Source: Parcubacteria group bacterium ADurb.Bin247
Lineage (GTDB): Bacteria > Patescibacteriota > Minisyncoccia > Minisyncoccales > CSSED10-335
Assembly: GCA_002069755.1 (NCBI GenBank)
Contig: MWBX01000009.1
Coordinates: 14,514-78,513, forward strand
Reading direction: 5' to 3'
Length of the DNA: 64,000 nt
The stretch's first letter is position 1, and each line of letters starts with the position of its first letter. This document shows positions 29,211-38,888 of the stretch, piece after piece. Position numbers and translations under genes: made by a program. The notes beneath the pieces were generated by a model. The model was not told the DNA's origin. It did no database searches and was given only the letters and a program-made list of their open reading frames with translations.

Positions 29211-30453
29211 TAGATTTGAAGAACCAATATCAGTTTCGGAATATATTCAGTTCTTGAACGAATTGCTTGGTAGAATTCAAGTTAAATTAATAGGAGAAGT
29301 AGTCCAATTAAAAATACATCAACCAAGCGGTCATGTATACTTCACCCTTAAAGATAAAGAAGGAGCGGTTATTAACTGTGTTATTTGGAAATACAATTAT
29401 CGTATGTGTGGAGTTTCTTTAACCGAAGGGATGACAGTAATTATATCTGGTGGTGCCGACATTTATCCAGTTAGGGGCACTTTAACATTTAAAGCAAATA
29501 CGGTAGAGTTAGTTGGTGCTGGGGCTCTAAAGAAAGCCTATGACGAATTGAAAGCTAAATTACAAAAAGAAGGATTATTTGATAATAAAAGACCAATTCC
29601 CGATTATCCACAAAAAATCGGAGTGATAACTTCATTATACGGCGGAACTGTAATTCACGACTTTACAAGTAATCTTGGCAAGTTTGGTTTTAAAATTAAA
29701 GCAATTAATGCTAAAGTAGAGGGGGTAGAAGCAGTTAAAGAATTACTGTCAGCCATTAATCAATTTAAAAAAGAAGATATTGATGTTTTAGTAGTTATTC
29801 GTGGTGGTGGTTCGCTAGAATCGTTAATTGCTTTTGACAATGAAATATTAGTTAGAGAAATTGCTAATTTTCCCGTACCAGTTATTGCAGGAATTGGACA
29901 TCATAAAGATGTAACATTGGTTTCTCTTGCAGCTGATGCAACTGAGTCAACTCCAAGTGCTGCAGCTTATTTTTTGAATAAATCATGGGAAAATGCTATA
30001 CACAAGGTCAATTCTTATAATTCTGAAATTATTAATTCTTTTACTTACGCTCTACAAAAAACAAACAAAAGAATTGAATTGTCATTAGATTTTATTATAA
30101 GAAATTTTAATAATATATTTGAAGAGTATACTAGAATAGAAGTTAAAATAAAAGGATTATTAATGAAAATACAAAGTCAAATTATTAATAATCAAAATAA
30201 TTTAGAGTCTTTAAAGATAAAAATATTAAGAGACTTTATTGAAAATCTAGATCATCAAAAAAGAATTATTATTAATTTTGATCAAATAATACATTATAAC
30301 AACCCCGAAAAACAATTAAAAATGGGTTATAGTATATCTAGAATTAATGGAAAAATTATTAAAGATATAAATCAAGTTAAAGTAGATGACAATATTGATA
30401 TTCAAATTTTAAACGGAATAATTAAATCAAAAATCAAAAAAATAAAAAAATGA
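29203..30453 (+). CDS. xseA: exodeoxyribonuclease VII large subunit
   Basis: N-terminal OB-fold (GEVVQLKIHQPSGHVYFTLKD), catalytic core and coiled-coil C-terminus. Confidence 0.9.
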   Translation: MNNRFEEPISVSEYIQFLNELLGRIQVKLIGEVVQLKIHQPSGHVYFTLKDKEGAVINCVIWKYNYRMCGVSLTEGMTVIISGGADIYPVRGTLTFKANTVELVGAGALKKAYDELKAKLQKEGLFDNKRPIPDYPQKIGVITSLYGGTVIHDFTSNLGKFGFKIKAINAKVEGVEAVKELLSAINQFKKEDIDVLVVIRGGGSLESLIAFDNEILVREIANFPVPVIAGIGHHKDVTLVSLAADATESTPSAAAYFLNKSWENAIHKVNSYNSEIINSFTYALQKTNKRIELSLDFIIRNFNNIFEEYTRIEVKIKGLLMKIQSQIINNQNNLESLKIKILRDFIENLDHQKRIIINFDQIIHYNNPEKQLKMGYSISRINGKIIKDINQVKVDDNIDIQILNGIIKSKIKKIKK

Positions 30454-30653
30454 CTAAAAAAAACTTAGGAGATAATTTAAAAAAGCTAGCAGAGATTTCA
30501 AGGTGGTTTGACGAAAAAGAAGAGGTTGATGTTGAAGAAGGTTTAAAAAAAGTGAAAGAAGCGGCTCTAATTATCAAAGAAAGCAAATCAAGATTACAAG
30601 AAATAGAAAACGAATTTGAAGAAATAAAGAAATCTATTGATGATGAATTTTAA
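30450..30653 (+). CDS. xseB: exodeoxyribonuclease VII small subunit
   Basis: 67-aa helical protein overlapping the xseA stop. LEELEEIVkkLE-like pattern. Confidence 0.85.
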   Translation: MTKKNLGDNLKKLAEISRWFDEKEEVDVEEGLKKVKEAALIIKESKSRLQEIENEFEEIKKSIDDEF

Positions 30654-31977
30654 AAATAAAAAAATAATCATAACTGGTTTTGTTGTACTGGTGAGTTTCT
30701 CCATTTTTGGCCTTAAAAGTGGTGAGTTTAATATAATTGCCGAAGATAATAGCGAAGAGGTAGTGATTACCATACCACCGGTTTATGAAAACGAAATCCC
30801 TTTGGTTGAAGATACTTTAGATAGCTTAATCAATAATAAATCAACTTTTATATATATTAATCTAGAAAATATGAAAGCTGATTTATATAAAGATGGAAAT
30901 TTAGACCAAGAAATACCAATATTGGCAAGAGGTAATGATTTAGAATGGAGTGGTAGCCCGGCTGGAATACACGAAGTATTAGCTAGTTATGTTACAGCTT
31001 ATTCGGTATCTTCCTATGTTTATATGCCTTATGCAATTCAATATTATGGTAAATACTTTACTCACGGAGTACCTTATTATCCAGGAGGAAAGAAATTAGT
31101 TTCTAGGTATTCTGGAGGATGTTTAAGATTCAGCAATGAGAATGCTAAAAAGATTTTTGATTTCTCTAAAAAAGGGATGCCGGTTATTGTAATAGATAAA
31201 AATCGGGATGATTTTAGTGGATTTGAGAATCCAACACCTTTTCCTGAGTCAACTTCGGAGAGCTATCTTATTGCAGATTTAAAATCAGGTCATATTTTTG
31301 CTCAAAAAAATATTAACCAAAAAATGCCAATTGCATCAATAACCAAATTAATGACTGCTTTGGTTGCAGTAGAAAATATTGACCTAAAGAAGAATATAAC
31401 CATAACTAAAGAAGATCTTGAATACTATGGTGATAATTTAGGAATAGAAATAGGAGATAAGCACCAGTTAATTCAACTGCTTTATCCAACGCTCACTCGA
31501 TCAGCTAATCATACTGCTGAGGCAATACGTAGATCTTTAGGATCAGATAGTTTAGAAATGATGAATAAAAAAGCAAAAACTTTGATGATGAATAATACAT
31601 TTTTTGCTGATGGTTCGGGTTTAGATAAAAACAATGTATCAACTGCTCAAGATTTATTTTATTTAGGAAGATATATATATTACAATCGTTATCCATTACT
31701 TGAAATAACTAAAGGAAAAACAGTACCACTAGCAAGAACAATGGATTTTGACCTAGAAGAAATTGGTAATCTCAATATATTTATTAACGATCCAACTTTT
31801 ATTGGTGGTAAAACTGGATATACTAAAGAAGCTGGGCAAACAGCATTATTTTTATTTAAGCTTAACTATAACGATTCTGAAAGAATTATTGCAATGATAT
31901 TTTTAAATGCCAAAAATTCAAAATGGGAAACCCAAAAAGCATATAGATGGTTATTGAATAATGGTTTTGAAATGTAA
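30637..31977 (+). CDS. bifunctional L,D-transpeptidase (YkuD) / D-alanyl-D-alanine carboxypeptidase (S11) fusion, membrane anchored
   Basis: LDT motif THGVPYYPGGKKLVSRYSGGCLRFSN (H-G...S-x-G-C-x-R). S11 motifs follow: SITK (SxxK), SAN (SxN) and KTGYT (KTG) at PBP5-like spacing. Confidence 0.7.
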   Translation: MMMNFKNKKIIITGFVVLVSFSIFGLKSGEFNIIAEDNSEEVVITIPPVYENEIPLVEDTLDSLINNKSTFIYINLENMKADLYKDGNLDQEIPILARGNDLEWSGSPAGIHEVLASYVTAYSVSSYVYMPYAIQYYGKYFTHGVPYYPGGKKLVSRYSGGCLRFSNENAKKIFDFSKKGMPVIVIDKNRDDFSGFENPTPFPESTSESYLIADLKSGHIFAQKNINQKMPIASITKLMTALVAVENIDLKKNITITKEDLEYYGDNLGIEIGDKHQLIQLLYPTLTRSANHTAEAIRRSLGSDSLEMMNKKAKTLMMNNTFFADGSGLDKNNVSTAQDLFYLGRYIYYNRYPLLEITKGKTVPLARTMDFDLEEIGNLNIFINDPTFIGGKTGYTKEAGQTALFLFKLNYNDSERIIAMIFLNAKNSKWETQKAYRWLLNNGFEM

Positions 31978-32915
31978 TGTTGATAGATAATATAAAAATT
32001 AAAGTGGCTGGCGGTACTGGTGGCAACGGAATTGTCGCTTTTAGTAAAGAAATGATGTGTTCAGGACCAACTGGAGGTGATGGAGGTGATGGGGGTAATG
32101 TTGTTTTAGTAGGAGTTGAAGATATTGGTGCTTTTAAAAAGTTTAGATATCAAAAAGAATTTATTGCCCAAAAAGGTCAACACGGTAAAGGATCTTCTCG
32201 TACTGGCGCTAATGGTAAAGATTTAATCCTGGAAGTACCAATAGGAACTGTTATCCATGGAATAGACAAAGAAATAGTTAAAATTGGGGAAACTATTGTT
32301 TTAGCTAAAGGAGGTCGTGGTGGTAAAGGTAATGCTTCGTTCAAATCTTCTAGAAATGTTAGCCCAAAACAGTTTACTAACGGATTACCCGGAGAAGCCA
32401 AAGAAGTTGTTTTAGAATTAAAACTCATTGCTGATATTGGGCTAGTTGGATTACCTAATACCGGGAAGTCATCTCTTTTAAATTATTTAACTAATGCTAA
32501 AAGCAAAGTTTCTAATTATCAGTTTACAACTCTTGAACCTCATTTAGGAGTTTACAAAAATTTAATTTTGGCCGATATTCCCGGTATAATTGAGGGCGCC
32601 TCTACTGGTAAAGGGCTTGGAATTAAGTTTTTAAGACATATTGAGAGAACTAAAATAATATTTCATTTAATTTCTCTAGATTCTTCTGATTTTGTAAACG
32701 ACTATAATATTATTCGTAAAGAATTAGAAAGTTATAATAAATTATTAACTCAAAAACCAGAATATATTATTGCTACCAAATCTGACTTAGTGGATAATAA
32801 TATTATTTCTAAATTTAAAAACAAATTCAAAGATTCAATTGTAATTTCTATTTATGACAAAAACGAAGAATTATTTTCTTTATTAGCTAAAATATCTAAA
32901 GATAAAAATGTATAA
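31977..32915 (+). CDS. obg: GTPase Obg (no C-terminal extension)
   Basis: Gly-rich Obg fold (GGTGGNG...GGDGGDGGNV) and G-domain (GLPNTGKSSL, DIPG, ATKSD). Confidence 0.9.
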   Translation: MLIDNIKIKVAGGTGGNGIVAFSKEMMCSGPTGGDGGDGGNVVLVGVEDIGAFKKFRYQKEFIAQKGQHGKGSSRTGANGKDLILEVPIGTVIHGIDKEIVKIGETIVLAKGGRGGKGNASFKSSRNVSPKQFTNGLPGEAKEVVLELKLIADIGLVGLPNTGKSSLLNYLTNAKSKVSNYQFTTLEPHLGVYKNLILADIPGIIEGASTGKGLGIKFLRHIERTKIIFHLISLDSSDFVNDYNIIRKELESYNKLLTQKPEYIIATKSDLVDNNIISKFKNKFKDSIVISIYDKNEELFSLLAKISKDKNV

Positions 32916-35538
32916 TAAAGAACAAAAGCAAGCTATTTCCCACGATAATGGTCCAGCAATAATAATGGCTGGAGCGGGAACTGGTAAAACCACTGTTTTA
33001 ACTCAAAGAATAGCTAGAATTATAAAACAAAAGAAAGCCCTTCCAGAAGAAATATTAGCTCTTACATTTACCGAAAAAGCAGCTGGAGAAATGGCTGAGA
33101 GAGTAGAGGGCTTCTTACCTCAAGAATATCAATATTCTGATTTTTGGATATCTACATTTCACTCTTTTTGTGAGAGAATACTAAGAAATCATGCAATAGA
33201 TATTGGATTGCCGAATAACTTCAAAGTAATTAATGAAATTAGTGCTTGGATGCTTTTTAAGAAAAATATAGATTCTTTTGATCTAGATTATTATCGTCCT
33301 AAAGGCAATCCAAATCAATTTATTAGTGCCATTATATCTCATATATCAAGATGTAAAGATGATATTATATTGCCAAATAAATATCGTGCCAAAGAAGACA
33401 AAGAAAAAGAAATTAAAAAGATATATTCTCAATATCAAAAATTATTAATTGATAATAATTATTTGGATTTTGGAGATATGATTAATTATTGTATTGAGCT
33501 TTTTGAAACAAGACCAAAGATACTTAAAAAATATCAAAAACAATTCAAGTATCTTTTAATTGATGAATTTCAAGATACCAACAAGGCACAATATAGATTG
33601 ATTAAAATGTTGTCTAAAAATATTATGATATGCCTGGATCCTAACCAAAGCATTTATCGTTTTAGAGGTGCTTCTACTAATAATTTTTTAAGTTTTCAAA
33701 AGGATTATCCCAAGGCAACAAAAATAATATTAAATAAGAGTTATCGAAGTTACCAAAATATACTAGACTTAGCACATAATTTTAATAAAAAAGGAATTAA
33801 GTTAAAATCACAAAGAAAAGGACAAGGAATAATAAAACACTTACACTACAAAACGGTTGAAGAGGAGTTATTTGGAATTGGACATCAAATTAAAGAACCA
33901 TTTAATGATTTTGTAGTTTTAACTAGAACTAATAACGATGCTCAGAGAATATATAAATCGCTTGATGAAATGGGTTTTCCGGTAAAGTTTTGGTCTCTAA
34001 GGGGTCTTTATCAAAAAGACGTAATAATTGATATAATATCATATCTGCAAGTAATTAATAATCAATATCAAGACAAAGACCTATACAGGGTTTTAAATTT
34101 TCCATTTTTTAATATTAAGCCGATAGAAATATCCAAGATAATACACAACTCAAAGAAAAAATCAAAATCCTTGTTTGAAACAATAAAAGAATCTAGCCAT
34201 AAAAATATAATTGACTTGATAGAAAAACATTCCAAAGAAGCCCTAGAAAAAGATGTAAGCGAAATTTTTATTAATTTTTTAAACGATTCGGGTTATTTAA
34301 ATTATCTTGAAAAAAATAATAAAATAGAGGATTTTGGTTATATTAATCAGTTTTACGACAGAATTAAAAAATTTGAAAATCAAAACCGTCGCTTATCTAG
34401 TTTTATAGAAGAATTTAATTTAGAATTAGAATCGGGTAATTCAGGGGAAATAGAAAATGAATTATACGAAGATAATTCAATTAAGGTAATGACGGTACAT
34501 TCTGCAAAGGGGTTAGAATTTAGGTATGTTATTATTGCTAATATGGTAGAGCAAAAATTTCCTAGCAATGAAAAAGCAAACATAATAGAGTTATCAAAAG
34601 ATGATGAGGATAGTCATATAGAAGAAGAAAGACGTCTTTTTTATGTTGCTATTACTAGAGCTAAAGATGGAATATTTTTTACTTCGGCTGAAAGTTATAA
34701 TGGAATTCGTAAAAGAAAAATATCAAGATTTTTGAAAGAAATTGGATTTAGTGATGAATTATACGAAAAGGGAATTACTAATTTAGATAAAAAGAAAGAT
34801 TATAAAAAAGAAATACAGTTTAAAATTCCAAATTATTTTTCATATACTCAATTAGCTGCGTATTCTAAATGTCCATATCAATATTATCTAGCTCATGTTG
34901 TTGGTGTACCTAGAGAAGAAAATCCAGCATCTAATTTTGGCAAGTCAATACACAATACTATTGCTCAAATAACAAACAATAAAAATATTACAGTTAAGGA
35001 GGCTCTTGTGCTATATAATAACAATTGGATTGATGATTGGTATGAGTCCAGAAAACAAAAAGATAGTTACTATAAAGAAGGTAAGAAAATCGTTAAACAA
35101 TTTACTAAAGATTTTATCAAAGAGAAGCCTAATATTAAAATGATTGAACAAGATTTTAAATATAACATTTTGAAAAATTGTCCGTTGCATGGTAAAATAG
35201 ATAGAATAGATGAAAAAGATAATTTGGTTGAAATAATTGATTATAAAACTGGCAATTATAGCGATAAATTAACAGCAGATAAAAAAGAACAATTATTAAT
35301 TTATCAAATTGTTGCTGAAAATTTATTTGGGTTAACACCAATCAAGCTAACCTATCATTATTTATCTGAAAATAAAAAGGTTTCTTTTTTAGGAACAAGT
35401 AAAGATAAGGATAAGTTAGTCAACAAGATAGATAAACAAGTTAAAGAAATTCGTAATAATAATTTCAAAGCCAAATCTGGATGGCACTGTCAATATTGTG
35501 ATTTTATAAACATTTGTAAATATGCAAAAAAAAGATAA
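32908..35538 (+). CDS. UvrD/PcrA-family helicase fused to C-terminal RecB/Cas4-type PD-(D/E)xK Fe-S nuclease (AddA/AdnB-like)
   Basis: AGAGTGKT Walker A and UvrD motifs through TVHSAKGLEF / RLFYVAITRA. C-terminal YSKCPYQYY ... GKIDRIDE ... IIDYKTG ... CQYCDFINIC. Confidence 0.85.
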   Translation: MYNKEQKQAISHDNGPAIIMAGAGTGKTTVLTQRIARIIKQKKALPEEILALTFTEKAAGEMAERVEGFLPQEYQYSDFWISTFHSFCERILRNHAIDIGLPNNFKVINEISAWMLFKKNIDSFDLDYYRPKGNPNQFISAIISHISRCKDDIILPNKYRAKEDKEKEIKKIYSQYQKLLIDNNYLDFGDMINYCIELFETRPKILKKYQKQFKYLLIDEFQDTNKAQYRLIKMLSKNIMICLDPNQSIYRFRGASTNNFLSFQKDYPKATKIILNKSYRSYQNILDLAHNFNKKGIKLKSQRKGQGIIKHLHYKTVEEELFGIGHQIKEPFNDFVVLTRTNNDAQRIYKSLDEMGFPVKFWSLRGLYQKDVIIDIISYLQVINNQYQDKDLYRVLNFPFFNIKPIEISKIIHNSKKKSKSLFETIKESSHKNIIDLIEKHSKEALEKDVSEIFINFLNDSGYLNYLEKNNKIEDFGYINQFYDRIKKFENQNRRLSSFIEEFNLELESGNSGEIENELYEDNSIKVMTVHSAKGLEFRYVIIANMVEQKFPSNEKANIIELSKDDEDSHIEEERRLFYVAITRAKDGIFFTSAESYNGIRKRKISRFLKEIGFSDELYEKGITNLDKKKDYKKEIQFKIPNYFSYTQLAAYSKCPYQYYLAHVVGVPREENPASNFGKSIHNTIAQITNNKNITVKEALVLYNNNWIDDWYESRKQKDSYYKEGKKIVKQFTKDFIKEKPNIKMIEQDFKYNILKNCPLHGKIDRIDEKDNLVEIIDYKTGNYSDKLTADKKEQLLIYQIVAENLFGLTPIKLTYHYLSENKKVSFLGTSKDKDKLVNKIDKQVKEIRNNNFKAKSGWHCQYCDFINICKYAKKR

Positions 35539-36775
35539 ACTATTAATCAAAAACGTTCTATTGAATGGTAAAAAAAATGATATTTTTTGCCAAAATGGAA
35601 TTATTCAAAAGATAGATAAAAAAATATCTAAAAAATCTGACATTGTAATTGATTGTAAAGGTGAGAAATCAGCAATTCCTGGATTAATTAATGGTCATAC
35701 TCATTCTGCAATGAGTCTTTTGCGTGGTATTGGTGATGATATGCCACTTAAAGAGTGGCTAGAAGATAGAATATGGCCAATAGAAGAAAAACTTTCAAGT
35801 GATGATATATATTGGGGAACCAAATTCGCTTGTCTTGAAATGATTAAAAATGGTATCTTGTTTTATAACGAAATGTATATGTTTCCTGAAATTTCAATGC
35901 AAGCTAGTGAAAAAATGGGCATAAGATCGGTAACAGGTTTAGTTGTTATGGATGTTCCTAAACCAAAAGATGTTAAAGAAATTGAAAAAAAATATCAAAA
36001 AATAAAAGAAACTGAACTATCTAAAATATCTATTAGTCCTCATAGCATCTATACGGTTTCCAAAGAAAATTTAAAATGGATAGTATCATTTGCTAAAAAA
36101 AATAATTTAATAATTCATATTCATGTGTCGGAGACAAAAGATGAGGTAGATTTTTCAATTAAAAACTATAAACAAAAGCCTATTAACTTTCTAGATAGTA
36201 TTGGACTATTAACAAAAAGAACAGTTATGGCTCATGGTGTTTGGATAGATGACGAAGAAATGGAAATTATTGGTAAGAGAAAATCTTCTCTAATATATAA
36301 TCCAACATCAAATCTAAAATTGGCAGTGGGTAAAATATTTCCTTATGATAAAGCAAAAAAATATAAAGTTAATGTTGCGCTAGGAACAGATGGCTCAGCA
36401 TCTAATAACAATTTAGATCTGCTAGAAGAAATGAAAATAGGAAGCTTAATTCAAAAATATATTCAAAACAATCCAACTGCTTTGCCAGCTCAAGAAATAC
36501 TTGATTGTGCTACTATTAATGGAGCGCGAGCTTTTGGTCTTAATTCAGGAATAATTAGTGTTGGTAAGAACGCTGACATCGCTTTAATTAATATGAAAGA
36601 TATTTCATTAATACCTGGTCATAATTTAGTTTCTGACTTAGCTTATTCTGCTTCAGGATCAGTTATATCTGATTTGATTTGCAATGGATTGCCAATTATG
36701 CTAAATAGGAAGGTAGAGAACGAGAATAGGATAATAAGTGAGTTTAAAAAAAGATCTAAAAATATAACAAAATGA
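35522..36775 (+). CDS. amidohydrolase-family nucleoside deaminase (MtaD / SAH-MTA deaminase-like)
   Basis: PGLINGHTHSAMSLLRG...LKEWLEDRIWP, HIHVSE and GTDGSASNN metal-binding motifs. Confidence 0.7.
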   Translation: MQKKDKLLIKNVLLNGKKNDIFCQNGIIQKIDKKISKKSDIVIDCKGEKSAIPGLINGHTHSAMSLLRGIGDDMPLKEWLEDRIWPIEEKLSSDDIYWGTKFACLEMIKNGILFYNEMYMFPEISMQASEKMGIRSVTGLVVMDVPKPKDVKEIEKKYQKIKETELSKISISPHSIYTVSKENLKWIVSFAKKNNLIIHIHVSETKDEVDFSIKNYKQKPINFLDSIGLLTKRTVMAHGVWIDDEEMEIIGKRKSSLIYNPTSNLKLAVGKIFPYDKAKKYKVNVALGTDGSASNNNLDLLEEMKIGSLIQKYIQNNPTALPAQEILDCATINGARAFGLNSGIISVGKNADIALINMKDISLIPGHNLVSDLAYSASGSVISDLICNGLPIMLNRKVENENRIISEFKKRSKNITK

Positions 36776-37509
36776 CAAAAGGATTTACTCTCAAATCGTT
36801 TATTCTTATAGTCGGTATTTTACTCGTACTTGCTTTATTGATTTTAACCTTTTCAAATAAAGAAAAGGATCTTAGTGATGTTGACATAGTTGAAGATTTC
36901 TATAATCAATATATCAATAATCAATTTGTTGACACTAATTTAATAACCGAAGACTTAAAGGTACAATTAGATAATTCTGATATTTCTGCAGTATTATGTT
37001 CTTCTTCATTTGACGATATTGCGATAGAAAAAGTTGAAACTAATAATGATTTTGTAGAAGTATATTTAAAGAATTTAGAAAATCCAATCAATGTCTACAC
37101 TATTAAACAAGATGGAGAATCAAAGATAAATAATATTGTTTGCACAATACCATTAAAAGATGAATATATTGAAGAACAAGAAGAAGAACAACAAGAACAA
37201 CAAGAAGAAGAACAACAAGAACAACAAGAAATTACAAACGAAATAATAATTCCCGAAGCGGCCAAAAGTTTGGTTAATTTAGCCAAGAATGATTTAGCTC
37301 AAAGATTAAGTGTTGATATTAATAATATTATAACTGTAAGGTTAGATGATGTTAATTTTTCAGATACTAGTTTAGGTTTATCTAAGCCAGGAGAAATGTA
37401 TGCTCAAGTAATAACACCGGGATACATTATTGTTTTAGAAGTTAATAATAAATATTATCGCTATCATACCGATAAATCTAGCGTTGTAGTATTTGTAACC
37501 GAAGATTAA
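36772..37509 (+). CDS. hypothetical membrane-anchored protein with acidic E/Q repeat
   Basis: N-terminal TM helix and EEQEEEQQEQQEEEQQEQQE low-complexity block. Confidence 0.45.
   Translation: MTKGFTLKSFILIVGILLVLALLILTFSNKEKDLSDVDIVEDFYNQYINNQFVDTNLITEDLKVQLDNSDISAVLCSSSFDDIAIEKVETNNDFVEVYLKNLENPINVYTIKQDGESKINNIVCTIPLKDEYIEEQEEEQQEQQEEEQQEQQEITNEIIIPEAAKSLVNLAKNDLAQRLSVDINNIITVRLDDVNFSDTSLGLSKPGEMYAQVITPGYIIVLEVNNKYYRYHTDKSSVVVFVTED
37171..37230. repeat. perfect 24-bp tandem duplication (gaagaagaacaacaagaacaacaa x2) inside coding sequence
   Basis: 37180-37203 is identical to 37204-37227. Partial copies flank both sides. Encodes EEEQQEQQ x2. Confidence 0.8.
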
Positions 37510-37511
37510 TT

Positions 37512-37760
37512 ATGAATAATATAGTAAAAGGATTTTTAATATTTTCATTTGTTCTTATATTAGGATTTAGTCTTGCGCTAATTCATTATGCGAATAGTTA
37601 TGTCTTTTCAAATAACAAAGTTTACCAATCAACTATTGACATCAACGAAATAAGAGATAAAATAGACTCAATGAGCGAAGAAGAAATAGAAGAAACTATT
37701 AAGAAAATAGAAAGTGAACTAAATCATTTAAAATCTGACGGTCAAAAGGTCGATATTTAA
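37512..37760 (+). CDS. small membrane protein
   Basis: 82 aa with an N-terminal TM helix and a charged coiled-coil tail. Confidence 0.4.
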   Translation: MNNIVKGFLIFSFVLILGFSLALIHYANSYVFSNNKVYQSTIDINEIRDKIDSMSEEEIEETIKKIESELNHLKSDGQKVDI

Positions 37761-37779
37761 AAAATAACATATAGAAAAA

Positions 37780-38085
37780 ATGGAAGACAAAAAAAAGATA
37801 ATATTAGCATTAGTTGTTTTGGTCGTTTTAGCATTAGTTGTTTTTATTGCTACTAGATCAGACGAACCAGTAGTTGAGCCAATTGTTCCAGAAATGGAAT
37901 ATCCGGTAGAAGAGTATTTTCCAGAAGAATTTGAGCCAGAGCCAGTTGGAGAAGAAGAATTCTACTTCCCTGAAGAAACATCTACACCAGAAACTGATGA
38001 GGATGGATTTATTTACTTCGATGAAACTGAGTCAGAAGAAAACGAAGAATCTGTTCTCCCGGCTGAACCAGAGCCAGAAATATAA
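37780..38085 (+). CDS. small membrane protein with acidic E/P-rich tail
   Basis: TM helix followed by a PE-rich low-complexity tail. Confidence 0.4.
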   Translation: MEDKKKIILALVVLVVLALVVFIATRSDEPVVEPIVPEMEYPVEEYFPEEFEPEPVGEEEFYFPEETSTPETDEDGFIYFDETESEENEESVLPAEPEPEI

Positions 38086-38102
38086 TTTTTATAGGTAGTT
38101 AT

Positions 38103-38131
38103 ACAAAAACCCTTTTAATGGGGGTTTTTGT
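38103..38131 (+). terminator. intrinsic terminator
   Basis: Perfect 10-bp stem acaaaaaccc / gggtttttgt with a 9-nt loop. The 3' arm ends in T5. Confidence 0.45.
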
Positions 38132-38134
38132 ATA

Positions 38135-38163
38135 TTGACCAAAACACATTAATATTTTAGTAT
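38135..38163 (+). promoter_or_regulatory. promoter TTGACC-17-TAGTAT, leaderless-type
   Basis: -35 at 38135-38140 and -10 at 38158-38163. ATG at 38170, only 6 nt after the -10. Confidence 0.4.
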
Positions 38164-38169
38164 TATACT

Positions 38170-38382
38170 ATGATTATAGAATCGCTAAACATTGTATTAG
38201 TTTTCTTATATATTATAGTCGCATTAATTACTGTAAAAATAACATTTACTGTCTTTTATCATTTAAAAAAATTTCAACTTCCAGGTATAGAAAAATCAAA
38301 AAAGTTTTTAGAAATAATTAAATTTGTTTCTTTGGTTTTATTGATACTATCTTTTATTCTTCTAACATTAATATTAATATGA
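38170..38382 (+). CDS. small two-TM membrane protein
   Basis: 70 aa, hydrophobic. Confidence 0.4.
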   Translation: MIIESLNIVLVFLYIIVALITVKITFTVFYHLKKFQLPGIEKSKKFLEIIKFVSLVLLILSFILLTLILI

Positions 38383-38888
38383 TAAAATTCAGAGAAAACG
38401 AAAAAGTTTTAGCTATTAAGAGAAGACACCCAGCGGTATTAATAATATCTCTTATTCCTGTAACAATATTTATTCTAATCGTATTGGCATCAATGATATT
38501 GGTTTACTCTATTGATATAGAGGTACCTATTGATAATATCAAGCTTATAATTTTATACATCTTGTCCCTTTTTTTGTTAATTCTTCAGCAAATAGCAGTT
38601 GTTATTTTCATTAATTATTATTTAGACTGTTGGATTATAACAAACGAAAGAACAATAAGCACTGAATTAAAAACATTATTTAGTAGAAATGTTTCTAGTA
38701 TTTCACACGATAAAATACAAGATATTACGGTAGAGGTTAAGGGGTTTTTACAAACATTTTTAAAGTATGGTAATCTACAAATACAAACTGCAGGCGAATT
38801 TAATAAATTTATATTTAAAGAAATTCCTGAACCATACGAAACAAAAGAATTACTTTTTAAAATACAAAAAGAATATGACAAAAAGTAA
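38379..38888 (+). CDS. membrane protein with bacterial PH (bPH_2/YdbT-like) domain
   Basis: Two TM helices, then ...WIITNERTIS...YGNLQIQTAG... typical of bPH_2. Confidence 0.45.
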   Translation: MIKFRENEKVLAIKRRHPAVLIISLIPVTIFILIVLASMILVYSIDIEVPIDNIKLIILYILSLFLLILQQIAVVIFINYYLDCWIITNERTISTELKTLFSRNVSSISHDKIQDITVEVKGFLQTFLKYGNLQIQTAGEFNKFIFKEIPEPYETKELLFKIQKEYDKK

